This document shows positions 1 through 8,877 of a stretch of 64,000 nt of DNA, piece by piece. The position numbers were made by a program, and so were the translations under genes. Position 1 is the stretch's first letter. The number at the start of each line of letters is the position of its first letter. The stretch spans positions 1 through 64,000 of the forward strand of contig CAVPOM010000003.1 in assembly GCA_963707025.1 (NCBI GenBank), read 5' to 3'. Source of the stretch: an uncultured Verrucomicrobiae bacterium (GTDB lineage Bacteria > Verrucomicrobiota > Verrucomicrobiia > Limisphaerales > Palsa-1400). The notes under the pieces were generated by a model. It saw nothing but the letters and a program-made list of their open reading frames with translations, made no database searches and was not told the DNA's origin.

Positions 1-291
1 CCGAACGGCACGGGCATGACGACGTTGCAGGATTATATTGCGGGCACAAATCCGGCTGATCCCACGTCGTTTTTCCAGGTTTTGGTGGCGCCGCCGGCCT
101 CACCCGCAGGGAGTGTCATGCTGTATTGGACCGCGCTGGCGGGGCGGAGCTACTCTGTCCAGTATAAAGATACTTTGGATGACCCCATTTGGCACCCTTT
201 GGGCGGCACTCCGGCGATTAACGGCAACCAAGGACAATTTGCCGTGCCGACCGACAAGGCGAGCCGCTATTACAGGATCGTGGTGCAATAA
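1..291 (+). CDS. C-terminal end of a large secreted/surface protein (5'-truncated by window edge)
   Basis: Frame is open from base 1 (PNGTG MTTLQDYIAGTNPADPTS) and ends in the motif YSVQYKDTL..W.PL...YYRIVVQ, shared with two other ORFs in the window. Confidence 0.75.
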   Translation, partial: PNGTGMTTLQDYIAGTNPADPTSFFQVLVAPPASPAGSVMLYWTALAGRSYSVQYKDTLDDPIWHPLGGTPAINGNQGQFAVPTDKASRYYRIVVQ

Positions 292-317
292 CGAGTCCAG
301 CGCGGCGAGGCGCCTTC

Positions 318-1115
318 TTACCAGAAGAAGTAAGGAATCCCACCGTTGCCCGCCCTTGGCAGCATGTTGGTGAGATTTCGCCACTCGACATGGCCGTCGA
401 GCATGCCGACATTGCCGCCAAGCGGGATGGAACCATTCAAATGGGGACTGAGGTGATGTTTTATGTAGCCACCGGGCACGTCCACCCAATTGTAGGTGAG
501 CATGGCGGCGTTAAGGGCGGGACCTGCCGGCGGAGGGACGCCATTCCCCGGGGTCAGGGTCGCGTCCGCCACAAGTGGGCGCGAGGCCGGTGTGACCGGA
601 TAATATGTGCCCAAATTGTTAACCCGCTGCATGGTCAAAGTGGCATTGATATTCGTGGCAAACAAATAGGTTCCCACCGTGGACTGCATACTGGCGACGC
701 CCGGGACCGTGGTGGCATAGCCGAGGACGCCGTACTGTGCGGCATAATTGAAAAGGGCTCGATTATCCTGTTCCGTAAAACGCACCGATGTTCCCGGACA
801 AAATAAGGAAGTCCATTTCACGCCGGTGTTTGTGACAAGGAAAATGTAAGCTTCCGCGGCGTCCCATGCCCAATTGCCACCGTCAATGGTGGGAAGGTTG
901 TCCTGGTTTTCGCCGCCATAGATTTGCAGGGCCGAGTCGTACTGCTCCAAATTGGCGGCGCACTGGGCGATGACGGTTTTCCCGGTAACCCGGCCCAGCG
1001 AGGGCAAGGCCATGACGGCCAGCAGCGCCAGAACAGAGAGGAGGGCCAGCAGATCAGCCCGTGTGAAAGCAGAATTGCCCGCTTTGGGAGGATCAAGTCG
1101 CTGGCTCATTTTCAT
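318..1115 (-). CDS. Prepilin-type N-terminal / H-X9-DG-type domain protein (DUF1559-like)
   Basis: Degenerate type IV pilin leader SAFTRADLLALLSVLALLAVMALPSL, C..NL motif, C-terminal H...GGNVGMLDGHVEW. Confidence 0.8.
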   Translation of the reverse strand: MKMSQRLDPPKAGNSAFTRADLLALLSVLALLAVMALPSLGRVTGKTVIAQCAANLEQYDSALQIYGGENQDNLPTIDGGNWAWDAAEAYIFLVTNTGVKWTSLFCPGTSVRFTEQDNRALFNYAAQYGVLGYATTVPGVASMQSTVGTYLFATNINATLTMQRVNNLGTYYPVTPASRPLVADATLTPGNGVPPPAGPALNAAMLTYNWVDVPGGYIKHHLSPHLNGSIPLGGNVGMLDGHVEWRNLTNMLPRAGNGGIPYFFW

Positions 1116-1209
1116 GGCACTCCTTACGAAAGATTGTTGATGTATATTCTACTCAATTGCCTCCGCCAAAGCAAGAGTATTCGGCCAATGGTTGTAATGC
1201 GTTAGTGAA

Positions 1210-1319
1210 GGAGTCCGCCCGTCCTCGGCCGCGGCATCGGGCACAAACACGGCGGCTTCGGGATTTGTCGGGCGCGGCGGAAGTCCGGGCGTTGCCGCGC
1301 CCGGGGACGGGCGCGCTCC
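1210..1319. repeat. 110-bp REP doublet (GGAG-type), copy 1
   Basis: Inverted arms GGAGTCCGCCCGTCCTCGGCCGC ... GCGCCCGGGGACGGGCGCGCTCC; its reverse complement aligns over about 95 bp with 48065-48160. Confidence 0.85.
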
Positions 1320-1393
1320 CACTGTGTCCCTGCCGTCACTGGCGCATTACCGGCGGTTTGGAGCTTGCCGGGGAGGAGTTAAAATGAGAGGAA

Positions 1394-2155
1394 ATGGGGC
1401 GAGATTGCATGAATGAAACTCTTTTTACGCGGGGTTCGATGAGGCGGCGCGCGGCGGGGGTGGTTTTGCTGGCGTGGCTGGGTGCCCAGGCGGCGGCGCA
1501 CAGCCAGACAATCTGGCAGGAGGAGTTTGCCAAAATGCCGCTGACGAGCCGCGCGCCGGTGGTGGAACTCAACCGCTCCAATTGCGTGGCGGTGATGCTC
1601 GGCTCGTTTCGGCGCAATCCGGCGGTGAAGGGATTGATCTTCATGCCGGGGGCCACGGATGAGTTTTATTTCTTCCGGCGGGCGCGCGCCCGGCTGACCA
1701 ACAGCGCGCCCACCTTGCTGGACGCGGTGGCGGCGCTGACCAACCAGACATACATCCGCGCCACCGTGCGTGGGCCTTTTCTGCTGTTGCACACGGCGGA
1801 AGACCCGCTGGAACCGATCGAAGTGGTGTTGGACCAGAAGGCCGCCGACGCGATCCGGCGGCACAAATTCGCCAGGGAGGCGCTCTATAATGACCGCGAT
1901 TGGGATTATATGGAGCACCTGCTGGGGTTCTATCTCAACACCACGATGATTCCCAGGCCAAGGTCGCCTGACTCGAATCATTTCTTCCGCAACAGTTTCG
2001 CCGCCTTCGACCTGAACGGCTGGGAGGCGCTGGAGGCGTCGGCGCTGGCGGGGAAAACGAAGTTTACAATCAAGAAGCATCAAATTGTTTTTGAAGGGGA
2101 CGCGCGGGTTTTGGGCAAGGTGCCCATGGACGGGTTTTCCCTGCTGCCTCATTGA
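1394..2155 (+). CDS. Hypothetical exported protein
   Basis: 253-aa ORF with signal-peptide-like N-terminus (RRRAAGVVLLAWLGAQAAAHS); true start may be 1409 or 1439. Confidence 0.65.
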   Translation: MGRDCMNETLFTRGSMRRRAAGVVLLAWLGAQAAAHSQTIWQEEFAKMPLTSRAPVVELNRSNCVAVMLGSFRRNPAVKGLIFMPGATDEFYFFRRARARLTNSAPTLLDAVAALTNQTYIRATVRGPFLLLHTAEDPLEPIEVVLDQKAADAIRRHKFAREALYNDRDWDYMEHLLGFYLNTTMIPRPRSPDSNHFFRNSFAAFDLNGWEALEASALAGKTKFTIKKHQIVFEGDARVLGKVPMDGFSLLPH

Positions 2156-2183
2156 GGGAGCGGCCGGTGGAGAGTGTGAAGTC

Positions 2184-2219
2184 AAAAAAAGACCCCGGCC
2201 GCATTGATGACAGCCGGGG
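2184..2219 (-). terminator. Rho-independent terminator of the EF-hand protein gene
   Basis: Minus strand reads CCCCGGC-13 nt loop-GCCGGGG-TC-TTTTTTT, about 40 nt after the stop codon at 2260. Confidence 0.6.
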
Positions 2220-2259
2220 GTTGTTGCCGAAAGCCAGGTTTGACTCGGCGCAATGTCAA

Positions 2260-2706
2260 CTATTGGCCGTCCGGAGGCGGGCCGCCACCGGCAGGTCCGC
2301 CAGGGCCGCCAGGGCCGCCGCCACCAGGACCACCAGGGCCGCGTCCGCCCGGACCACGGCCGCCCGGGCCGCCGAACCCGCCCGGACCGCCCATGCGCCG
2401 CGGCGGCGGGCCGAGCAAATCTTCCACGGTCAGGGTGGTGGCGCCGTCTTTGAGGAGTGTCTTCAAGGCGGCGGGAGCGTTGGCGATTTCGGTGGCGTCA
2501 ATCACGCCGTCGTGATTGGCGTCCAGCGCGAGGAAAACGGGCGGCAACGGGCGGCGTCCGTCCGGCCCGCCTTGGCGGCCCGGGGGCGGGCCGCCGTTAC
2601 CCCCCGGCCCGGCGGGGCCAGGGCCGTTATCCTGTTGGGCGATGATGACCCAGGTTGAAGCGCCGAGCGCCAACATGGCCAGGACTGCTTTTGTCATTGT
2701 CTTCAT
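2260..2706 (-). CDS. Secreted Gly/Pro-rich EF-hand protein
   Basis: Start MKTMTKAVLAMLALGA (signal peptide), EF-hand loop DANHDGVIDATE, flanking GGPGG repeats; AAGGA upstream of the ATG. Confidence 0.8.
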   Translation of the reverse strand: MKTMTKAVLAMLALGASTWVIIAQQDNGPGPAGPGGNGGPPPGRQGGPDGRRPLPPVFLALDANHDGVIDATEIANAPAALKTLLKDGATTLTVEDLLGPPPRRMGGPGGFGGPGGRGPGGRGPGGPGGGGPGGPGGPAGGGPPPDGQ

Positions 2707-2965
2707 ATTTTGATTCCTTTCTTTGCTGCGTTGTTTTGCGTGTTTGTTAAAGGCTGCTCCGACCACCGCGCGGGAGGCGCCGGGGTCGAAACAGCAAATG
2801 CTGTGGCCGGAAAAAACCGCACCGGGAGCCGCGCGTGCAAAAAGGCGGCGGGGTCCCGTTGGCCGGGGCGGCGCGGCGGCGGGGCGGGCCTGGGAATGAA
2901 AGGCGGGCCGGCGTTGAGCAGAGGCGGCATTTGAATTTTCATGATGCCACTCTACCTCAGTGGAC

Positions 2966-3034
2966 CTTAAGGGGACGTTAAGGCTGGAATTTATTTTGAA
3001 AAAAGTTTTCGGCCCTTCTTCATCTCCGCTTAAG
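2966..3034. promoter_or_regulatory. Candidate OmpR-family binding boxes (direct repeats with 11-bp period)
   Basis: TTAAGG at 2967 and 2978; CTTCAT/CTTAAG at 3018 and 3029; located between the divergent EF-hand and response regulator genes; resembles the PmrA/QseB-type YTTAAK-N5-YTTAAK box. Confidence 0.55.
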
Positions 3035-3097
3035 GTTGGTTCTGCGAGAGTGACGGCGCGGCGGGGAGCTGTTAAACTGGCCGCCGCCCGATGACGC

Positions 3098-3757
3098 ATG
3101 AGAATTCTAATTGTGGAAGATGAGCCGGATTTGCTCCGCAGCCTGGCGCAAGCCTTGCAGGAGGAGGGCTACGCGGTGGACACCGCGGCCGAAGGGGAAA
3201 CGGGGCTGTTCAACGCCCAGAATTATGACTACGACGCGGTGGTGCTGGACGTGATGCTGCCCAAGCTGGATGGCTGGGAGATTTTGCGGCGTCTGCGCAA
3301 AAGCAAAAAGACGCCCGTGCTCATGCTGACGGCGCGCGACCAGCCCAGGGACCGGGTGCGCGGGCTGGACACGGGCGCGGACGATTACGTGGTCAAGCCG
3401 TTCGATCTGGCCGAATTGTTCGCGCGGCTGCGGGCGCTGATCCGGCGGAGCGCGGGCCGGACGAGCAACGTCCTGACGGTGGGGGAGGTGGTGATTGACA
3501 CGGGGGCGCGGCGGATTTTCCGGGGCGGCCAGGAAGCGGCGCTGACGGCGCGGGAGTACGCGCTGGTGGAGTATCTGGCGCTGCACCAGGGCGAAGTGGT
3601 CACGCGCACCGCGCTCTACGAGCATCTGTTCGACGAAAACGAAAGCAGCCTGTCCAACTTGCTGGACGTGCATGTTTCCAACATCCGCAAGAAGCTGGGG
3701 GCCGGCTTCATCACCACCCGGCGCGGGCACGGCTACTGCGTGGGAGGCGGGCCATGA
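3098..3757 (+). CDS. OmpR-family response regulator
   Basis: REC domain (ILIVEDE, LDVMLP, GADDYVVKPF) plus winged helix (LTAREY...LLDVHVSNIRKKLG...TRRGHGY). Confidence 0.95.
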   Translation: MRILIVEDEPDLLRSLAQALQEEGYAVDTAAEGETGLFNAQNYDYDAVVLDVMLPKLDGWEILRRLRKSKKTPVLMLTARDQPRDRVRGLDTGADDYVVKPFDLAELFARLRALIRRSAGRTSNVLTVGEVVIDTGARRIFRGGQEAALTAREYALVEYLALHQGEVVTRTALYEHLFDENESSLSNLLDVHVSNIRKKLGAGFITTRRGHGYCVGGGP

Positions 3758-5253
3758 TTTTCCACTCCATCCGCTGGCGGCTGCAAGTTTGGTACGGGCT
3801 GGTTTTCGTGGCGGTGCTGGCGGGGTTTGGCGTGACGGCCTACACCTTGCTGCGCAACGTCCAGCTTCGCCACCTGGACGAGGAATTCCTGGGGCGGATA
3901 GGCCCGCTCTCCAACTCCTTGCGTCCGCCGCCGGGTGGACCGCGGCCGGATGGCCCCCGCCAGGGCCGGGGCGGGCGGCGGAGCGATCCGGGCGAGCGGG
4001 GCGGGCGGGGCGGTGATTTTCCCAGCGAGGGACCTCCGGAGGAGCGGATGTTCCCCGGCCCGGGGACGCCGGGATTTCAATTCCGTCTTCCCTCGGAGCA
4101 GGCGGCGCGGTTTGGCAGCGAGAGCAATTCCTTTTATTACGTGGTCTGGGGAGCGGAGGGCAAGGAACTGGCGCGGTCGGAGGCGGCGCCGCCCGACGTG
4201 CCGACGCCGGCGGACAACGGTCCCCGGCCAGGCCCGCCGGAGCCGCGCATGCGCGGAGTGTTCCGGGAGTTTTACCATCCAGTGCCGGGCGGGGGAGTGG
4301 TGCTGGTGGGACGTTCGATTGCGGAGGAACTGGCGGGGCTGCGCCGGCTGGCGTGGGAACTGGCGGGGGCGGGCGGGGTGGTGCTGCTGCTCGGTTTGAC
4401 CGGCGGCTGGTGGGTGGCGACGCGCGCCATGCGGCCCATCGAAGACATTAGCGCCACGGCGGTGAAGATCGCGGCCGGAGATCTTTCCCAGCGCATCAGC
4501 CCGGGGGACAGGAACAACGAACTGGGCCGTTTGGCGGCGGTTTTAAATTCGACTTTTGCGCGGCTGGAGGCGGCCTTCGCCCAGCAAAAACAATTCACCT
4601 CCGACGCCGCGCATGAATTGCGCACGCCGGTCACGGTGATGCTGACCCAGACGCAGACGGCCCTGAACCGGGAGCGCAGCGCGGCGGAATATCGCGCCAC
4701 GGTGGAGGCCTGCCAGCGCGCGGCGCAACGGATGCGCAAGCTGATGGAATCCCTCCTCGAACTGGCCCGGCTGGACGCGGGGCAGGAAACGCTGCAACGG
4801 GTGCCGTTTGACTTGTCGAAAACGGTGAACGAGTGCGTGGAACTGGTCACGCCGCTGGCGCAAGCGCGCGGGATCAAGATACATTGCGCGGCGCCGGCCT
4901 TGCCGTGCGTGGGCGACCCGGAACGGATGGGCCAGGTCATCACCAATCTTCTGGGCAACGCCATCGAATACAACCGGCCAGCCGGCGAGGTGCGCGTCAC
5001 CGGGGAGAGGCAGGGCGGGACGGTGCTCTTGAGCGTAAGCAACAGCGGGCCGGGGATTGCGCCGGAGGATTTGCCGCGAATTTTCGAGCGATTTTATCGC
5101 GTGGACCAGGCGCGGTCGGGGAGCGGCGGACACACCGGGCTGGGGCTGGCGATTTCCAAGGCGATCGTGGAGGCGCACGGAGGCAGCCTGGCCGCGGCCA
5201 GCCGGCCGGGCGAGGGGGCGACCTTCACGGTGCGGCTGCCGGGGGCGAGTTGA
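3754..5253 (+). CDS. HAMP-domain sensor histidine kinase
   Basis: Two TM helices, HAMP, H-box DAAHELRTP, N-box NLLGNAIEY, G-boxes GPGI / GLGLAI; ATGA overlap with the response regulator. Confidence 0.95.
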   Translation: MIFHSIRWRLQVWYGLVFVAVLAGFGVTAYTLLRNVQLRHLDEEFLGRIGPLSNSLRPPPGGPRPDGPRQGRGGRRSDPGERGGRGGDFPSEGPPEERMFPGPGTPGFQFRLPSEQAARFGSESNSFYYVVWGAEGKELARSEAAPPDVPTPADNGPRPGPPEPRMRGVFREFYHPVPGGGVVLVGRSIAEELAGLRRLAWELAGAGGVVLLLGLTGGWWVATRAMRPIEDISATAVKIAAGDLSQRISPGDRNNELGRLAAVLNSTFARLEAAFAQQKQFTSDAAHELRTPVTVMLTQTQTALNRERSAAEYRATVEACQRAAQRMRKLMESLLELARLDAGQETLQRVPFDLSKTVNECVELVTPLAQARGIKIHCAAPALPCVGDPERMGQVITNLLGNAIEYNRPAGEVRVTGERQGGTVLLSVSNSGPGIAPEDLPRIFERFYRVDQARSGSGGHTGLGLAISKAIVEAHGGSLAAASRPGEGATFTVRLPGAS

Positions 5254-5254
5254 A

Positions 5255-5289
5255 AATGCAAAATGCAAAATGCGGAATCCAGAATACGC
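5255..5289. repeat. Degenerate heptamer tandem repeat (AATGCAA-type) after a stop codon
   Basis: AATGCAA AATGCAA AATGCGG AATCCAG AATACGC; a similar array lies at 37986-38010. Confidence 0.7.
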
Positions 5290-5407
5290 AATCAATTTGG
5301 GGCGGGCGGAAGTTGAGGGGAATTGGGGAGTGCCGCCGGCGCTTTGCCGGGGCGCGGCCCGGCGGAACGGAGAAGCCCACATTTATTGTTGACGCTTCTG
5401 GCAATGG

Positions 5408-6352
5408 TCAGGAGCTGCCAATGAGGATGCCCACCAGGAATACCAGGAGGCCGCCCAGGACGATTTGCAGGACGGCGGAGGACCAGGGGGAATCCATGAA
5501 TTTGTGCCGGATCCAGGCGATGACCCCCAGTTCCACGGCCACGATGCCGGCGGCAATACAGTTGGCGGTGTGGATGTTGTGGATCAGATAGGGAAAGGTG
5601 TGGCCCAGGCCGCCGGCAGTGGTCATCAGGCCGCAGATCAACCCGCGCGCCCAGGGATGGCCCCGTCCGGTCAGGGTGCCGTCGTCGGAGAGCGCCTCGG
5701 CAAAGCCCATGCTGATGCCGGCGCCGACGCTGGCGGCCAGGCCAATGAGGAAGGTTTTCCAATGGTCCTGCGTGGAAAAGGCGGCGGCAAAAAGGGGCGC
5801 GAGGGTGGAAACCGAGCCGTCCATCAGGCCGGCCAGCCCGGGCTGGATGACTTGGAGGGCGAAGAGCTGTTTTTCGCGCGCGGCTTCGTCGTGGCTCAGA
5901 CCGGCGTCGGAGATTTGTCCCACGGTGTCGGCATGGCTGCGCTCCTCTTCGGCCAGGTCGCCGAGCAATTGGCGCAGGCCGGCGTCGGTGGCGCGGCCGG
6001 CGGCGGCTTCGTAGAAGCGGGCGATTTCCAATTCCATGAGGGCGGCGGCTTTTTGCACGGCCTGCAAGCGGAGCGGGCGCATCATCCAAATGGGCCGGCG
6101 CTTGACGAAGCCGCGGATGTCTTCGCGGCGGATGAGGGGAAGGTGTTCGCCGAAGCGCTGGCGGTAAAGATCCAGGAGGCGATGGCGGTGATCGTCTTCC
6201 TGGCGGCGCATTTGCTTGAACTGGTCGGCTTGCTGGGGGTAGTTGGGATATAACTGGTCGGCGAAATCGTCGAAGATGCGGGCGTGTTCCTCTTCCAAGC
6301 TGATGGCCAGGGCGAGCACTTCGCGTTGGTCGAGGCTGTCGAATGAGCGCAT
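5408..6352 (-). CDS. mbfA: Iron exporter MbfA (rubrerythrin-like + VIT1/CCC1)
   Basis: LALAISLEEE ferritin-like N-domain with ExxH-type motifs; QPGLAGLMDGSVSTLAPLFAAAF and SMGFAEALSDDG in the membrane domain. Confidence 0.9.
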   Translation of the reverse strand: MRSFDSLDQREVLALAISLEEEHARIFDDFADQLYPNYPQQADQFKQMRRQEDDHRHRLLDLYRQRFGEHLPLIRREDIRGFVKRRPIWMMRPLRLQAVQKAAALMELEIARFYEAAAGRATDAGLRQLLGDLAEEERSHADTVGQISDAGLSHDEAAREKQLFALQVIQPGLAGLMDGSVSTLAPLFAAAFSTQDHWKTFLIGLAASVGAGISMGFAEALSDDGTLTGRGHPWARGLICGLMTTAGGLGHTFPYLIHNIHTANCIAAGIVAVELGVIAWIRHKFMDSPWSSAVLQIVLGGLLVFLVGILIGSS

Positions 6353-6368
6353 AAGCGGTTGCGCCCCG

Positions 6369-8429
6369 CTACGTGCCTTGGAGTTGCAAAACGGTGACGG
6401 AGTAGGGCGGGAAGGTGCGGGTGAAGGTTTTGCCCAGGCCGGTCACTTTGGCGGTGACGGGCGCCACTTTTTGCGGTTCCTTGATGGAATTGGTGTCCTC
6501 CGGGCTGCTGGCGCTCAAGACGGTGGTTTGGCCGGCTGACTCGATGCCGGAAACGCCGCTGATCTCGACCTGCACATCCTGCGGCTGGCCGGCGCTGTTG
6601 ACGACCTTCAGATAGATGGCCTTGGTTTTGCTGTCGCGGGTGGCGTTAATGAAGACGGTGGCCACTTGGTTGGTTCGTGGCGTTCCGCCTCCGCCGCGGC
6701 GGCCCGGGGTCTGGACCCAGTCGCGGGTGGGGACGTTATCAACCGTGGTGGCCAGAATTTCGTCGCCGTGATTGAGGCTGAACATTTTTTGGACGTAATA
6801 GGAGGGGGAGCCGTAGCAGCCGAGGGCGTCGTAGCCGATCAAGTCGGAGGGCCATTGCATGGAGCCGGCCCTGCCTCCGCGGGGATCGCTGACGTTGACG
6901 AAGAGCGGGGCGTAGGACTCCATGATGACGAGGTCGGAGTTGCGTTCCAGGCCGATGAGGAAGGAGGCGTCGCCCAAGGCGTCGGCCATTCTCGGCGTGG
7001 GGGAGCGCGGGGGAGATTGGGTGGCCCATTCGCCTTCAAAAACTTTCGGGCCGTTGCGGGGATGTCTGTCGGGGTCGTAATCGTGGAAATGGGACTCCAT
7101 GGCCAGTTCGCCGGCGTTGACGTACAAATGGTAATCAACCACATCCGGCTCGCGGCTGGTCACCTGGCGCGGGGGCGGGGAAGTGGAAATAACTTTGAGG
7201 TTGGGATATTTGGCTTCGATCGCATCGTAGAATTGGGTGAAGCGGCCATCATAAGTGCGAGGCCCGCTGCCCAAGTTGTCCTCGTTGCCCAATTCCACGT
7301 AATGCAACGGGAAGGGCGCCGGGTGGCCGTCGGCAGCGCGTTGCGCACCCCAGGTGGTGTTCTGGTCGCCGGTCACGTATTCGATTTCGTCCAGGCCGTC
7401 CTGCACATAAGGGGCCAGTTCCGGACCGTTGGTGATGCCGCCGGCTCTCATGGAGTAGCCCGCATAAATGGCCAGCACCGGTTCCATGTGGAGGTCCTCG
7501 CACCATTCCAGGTATTCCAGCAAACCCAGGCCATCGGAGGACCAGTAGCCCCAGGCATCATCTTGGTGGCCGGGGCGTTTGGCGATGTCGTGGATGGTTT
7601 CCTTCCAGTTGAAACGAGTGGCAATGGTGTTGCCTTCGAGGTAATTGCCGCCGGGCAGACGAAGGAACGACGGGTGCATGTCGGCCAGCAGTTGCATGAT
7701 GTCTTTGCGGTTGCCGTTGGGGCGGTCGTTAAAGGTCGGCGGAAAAAGGGAAACCAGGTTGAAGAAAATGGTGGCGGGGCTGGCGGTGGAAATGACCAGA
7801 TGGTTGTCCTTGGAAGCCGGCACGCTTCCGGTGGTCAAGACGGCCTCGAATTTTTTCCAAGTGGCGCCGAGGCCGGAGACTTTGGCGCTGGCAAGGACGG
7901 CGTTGGCGCCGGAGAGTTCGATGGTGAGCGGGCCGGTAAATCCATTCGCCGCCCGCGCGTAAAAGGAGGCGCGGTAGCGGGTGTTGGGCGTGACCGGGAT
8001 TCCCCAAAATCCTTCATTGGCGATGCCGACTGGAGTTGCCGCGGAGGCGGAGGCGGCCTCCAGTTTCAAGCTGTTGGTGAGGACGTCATTGAGCGGCTGG
8101 CCGGTGACGATGGACATGGAATTGCCCGCGCCCGCCGTTTGCACCAAATTCCAGTAGCGCAGCGGATCGCGGCGGTCCTTGAAGGTGCGATTGTTGACCA
8201 GTTCAGCGTACAGGCCGCCGTCGTAGGAGTAATTGATTTCCTCGGTCATCAGGCCATAGAAAACCGGGCTGGCCTTGGCGGCGGGTTCGCCGGCCTTGAT
8301 GGTCAGGACGACGGGGCCGGTCCTGGTCGGGGCCGCCGCCGGTGCGGCCTCCTGCGCCGCCGCGCGCCCCAGGCCGCCCGCGGCGAGGAGAAGGGTTGGA
8401 GTGATCAACTGAAAAAATCTTGGATTCAC
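6369..8429 (-). CDS. Alpha-L-arabinofuranosidase, GH51
   Basis: YGLMTEEINYSYDGGLYAELV, FLRLPGGNYLEG, YVELGNED, KVFEGEWA, ERNSDLVIMESYAPLF; signal peptide. Confidence 0.9.
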   Translation of the reverse strand: MNPRFFQLITPTLLLAAGGLGRAAAQEAAPAAAPTRTGPVVLTIKAGEPAAKASPVFYGLMTEEINYSYDGGLYAELVNNRTFKDRRDPLRYWNLVQTAGAGNSMSIVTGQPLNDVLTNSLKLEAASASAATPVGIANEGFWGIPVTPNTRYRASFYARAANGFTGPLTIELSGANAVLASAKVSGLGATWKKFEAVLTTGSVPASKDNHLVISTASPATIFFNLVSLFPPTFNDRPNGNRKDIMQLLADMHPSFLRLPGGNYLEGNTIATRFNWKETIHDIAKRPGHQDDAWGYWSSDGLGLLEYLEWCEDLHMEPVLAIYAGYSMRAGGITNGPELAPYVQDGLDEIEYVTGDQNTTWGAQRAADGHPAPFPLHYVELGNEDNLGSGPRTYDGRFTQFYDAIEAKYPNLKVISTSPPPRQVTSREPDVVDYHLYVNAGELAMESHFHDYDPDRHPRNGPKVFEGEWATQSPPRSPTPRMADALGDASFLIGLERNSDLVIMESYAPLFVNVSDPRGGRAGSMQWPSDLIGYDALGCYGSPSYYVQKMFSLNHGDEILATTVDNVPTRDWVQTPGRRGGGGTPRTNQVATVFINATRDSKTKAIYLKVVNSAGQPQDVQVEISGVSGIESAGQTTVLSASSPEDTNSIKEPQKVAPVTAKVTGLGKTFTRTFPPYSVTVLQLQGT

Positions 8430-8492
8430 GAGGAAGAATTATGCAAGGGAACAATGGAAGTCCATGTTAAAAAAAGACGGCCTTCCACCGGC

Positions 8493-8673
8493 GGCACATC
8501 TTGACACTGCTGCCGGCGGAGTGCGGCCGTCCCCGGCCGCAGCAAGCCATGGATTGTTTGGGTGCTCGGGAAAATCACCGCCGCGCCGTGTTTCCCACGC
8601 TGCTGCGCCCGGGGACGGGCGCACTCCTGTGGCATTCTTGCGCCTGACGCCGGTAGCAGTGCCAAGATATGGC
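8493..8673. mobile_element. MITE-like element (CATCTTGACAC ends) enclosing REP doublet copy 2 (8518-8627)
   Basis: 8493-8518 matches the reverse complement of 8648-8673 at 22/26 positions; the interior aligns in inverted orientation with 36987-37121. Confidence 0.7.
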
Positions 8674-8877
8674 GTTCCACCGGGATGCGGGCGCATCCCG
8701 GCTTTGTCGAGCTTTCCTCCTGGCTCAAGAGAGTCTTGAACCAAGCATCAAAACACGGAATTACCAATGACAAATTCTCGATGACAGATTCTCGATTTCT
8801 GGCGCCGAGGGCCACCTCAAGGCTCTTGGAATTGAAAACTGGTGATTGAAAATTGGCCATTGGCAATCTGGGAATGT

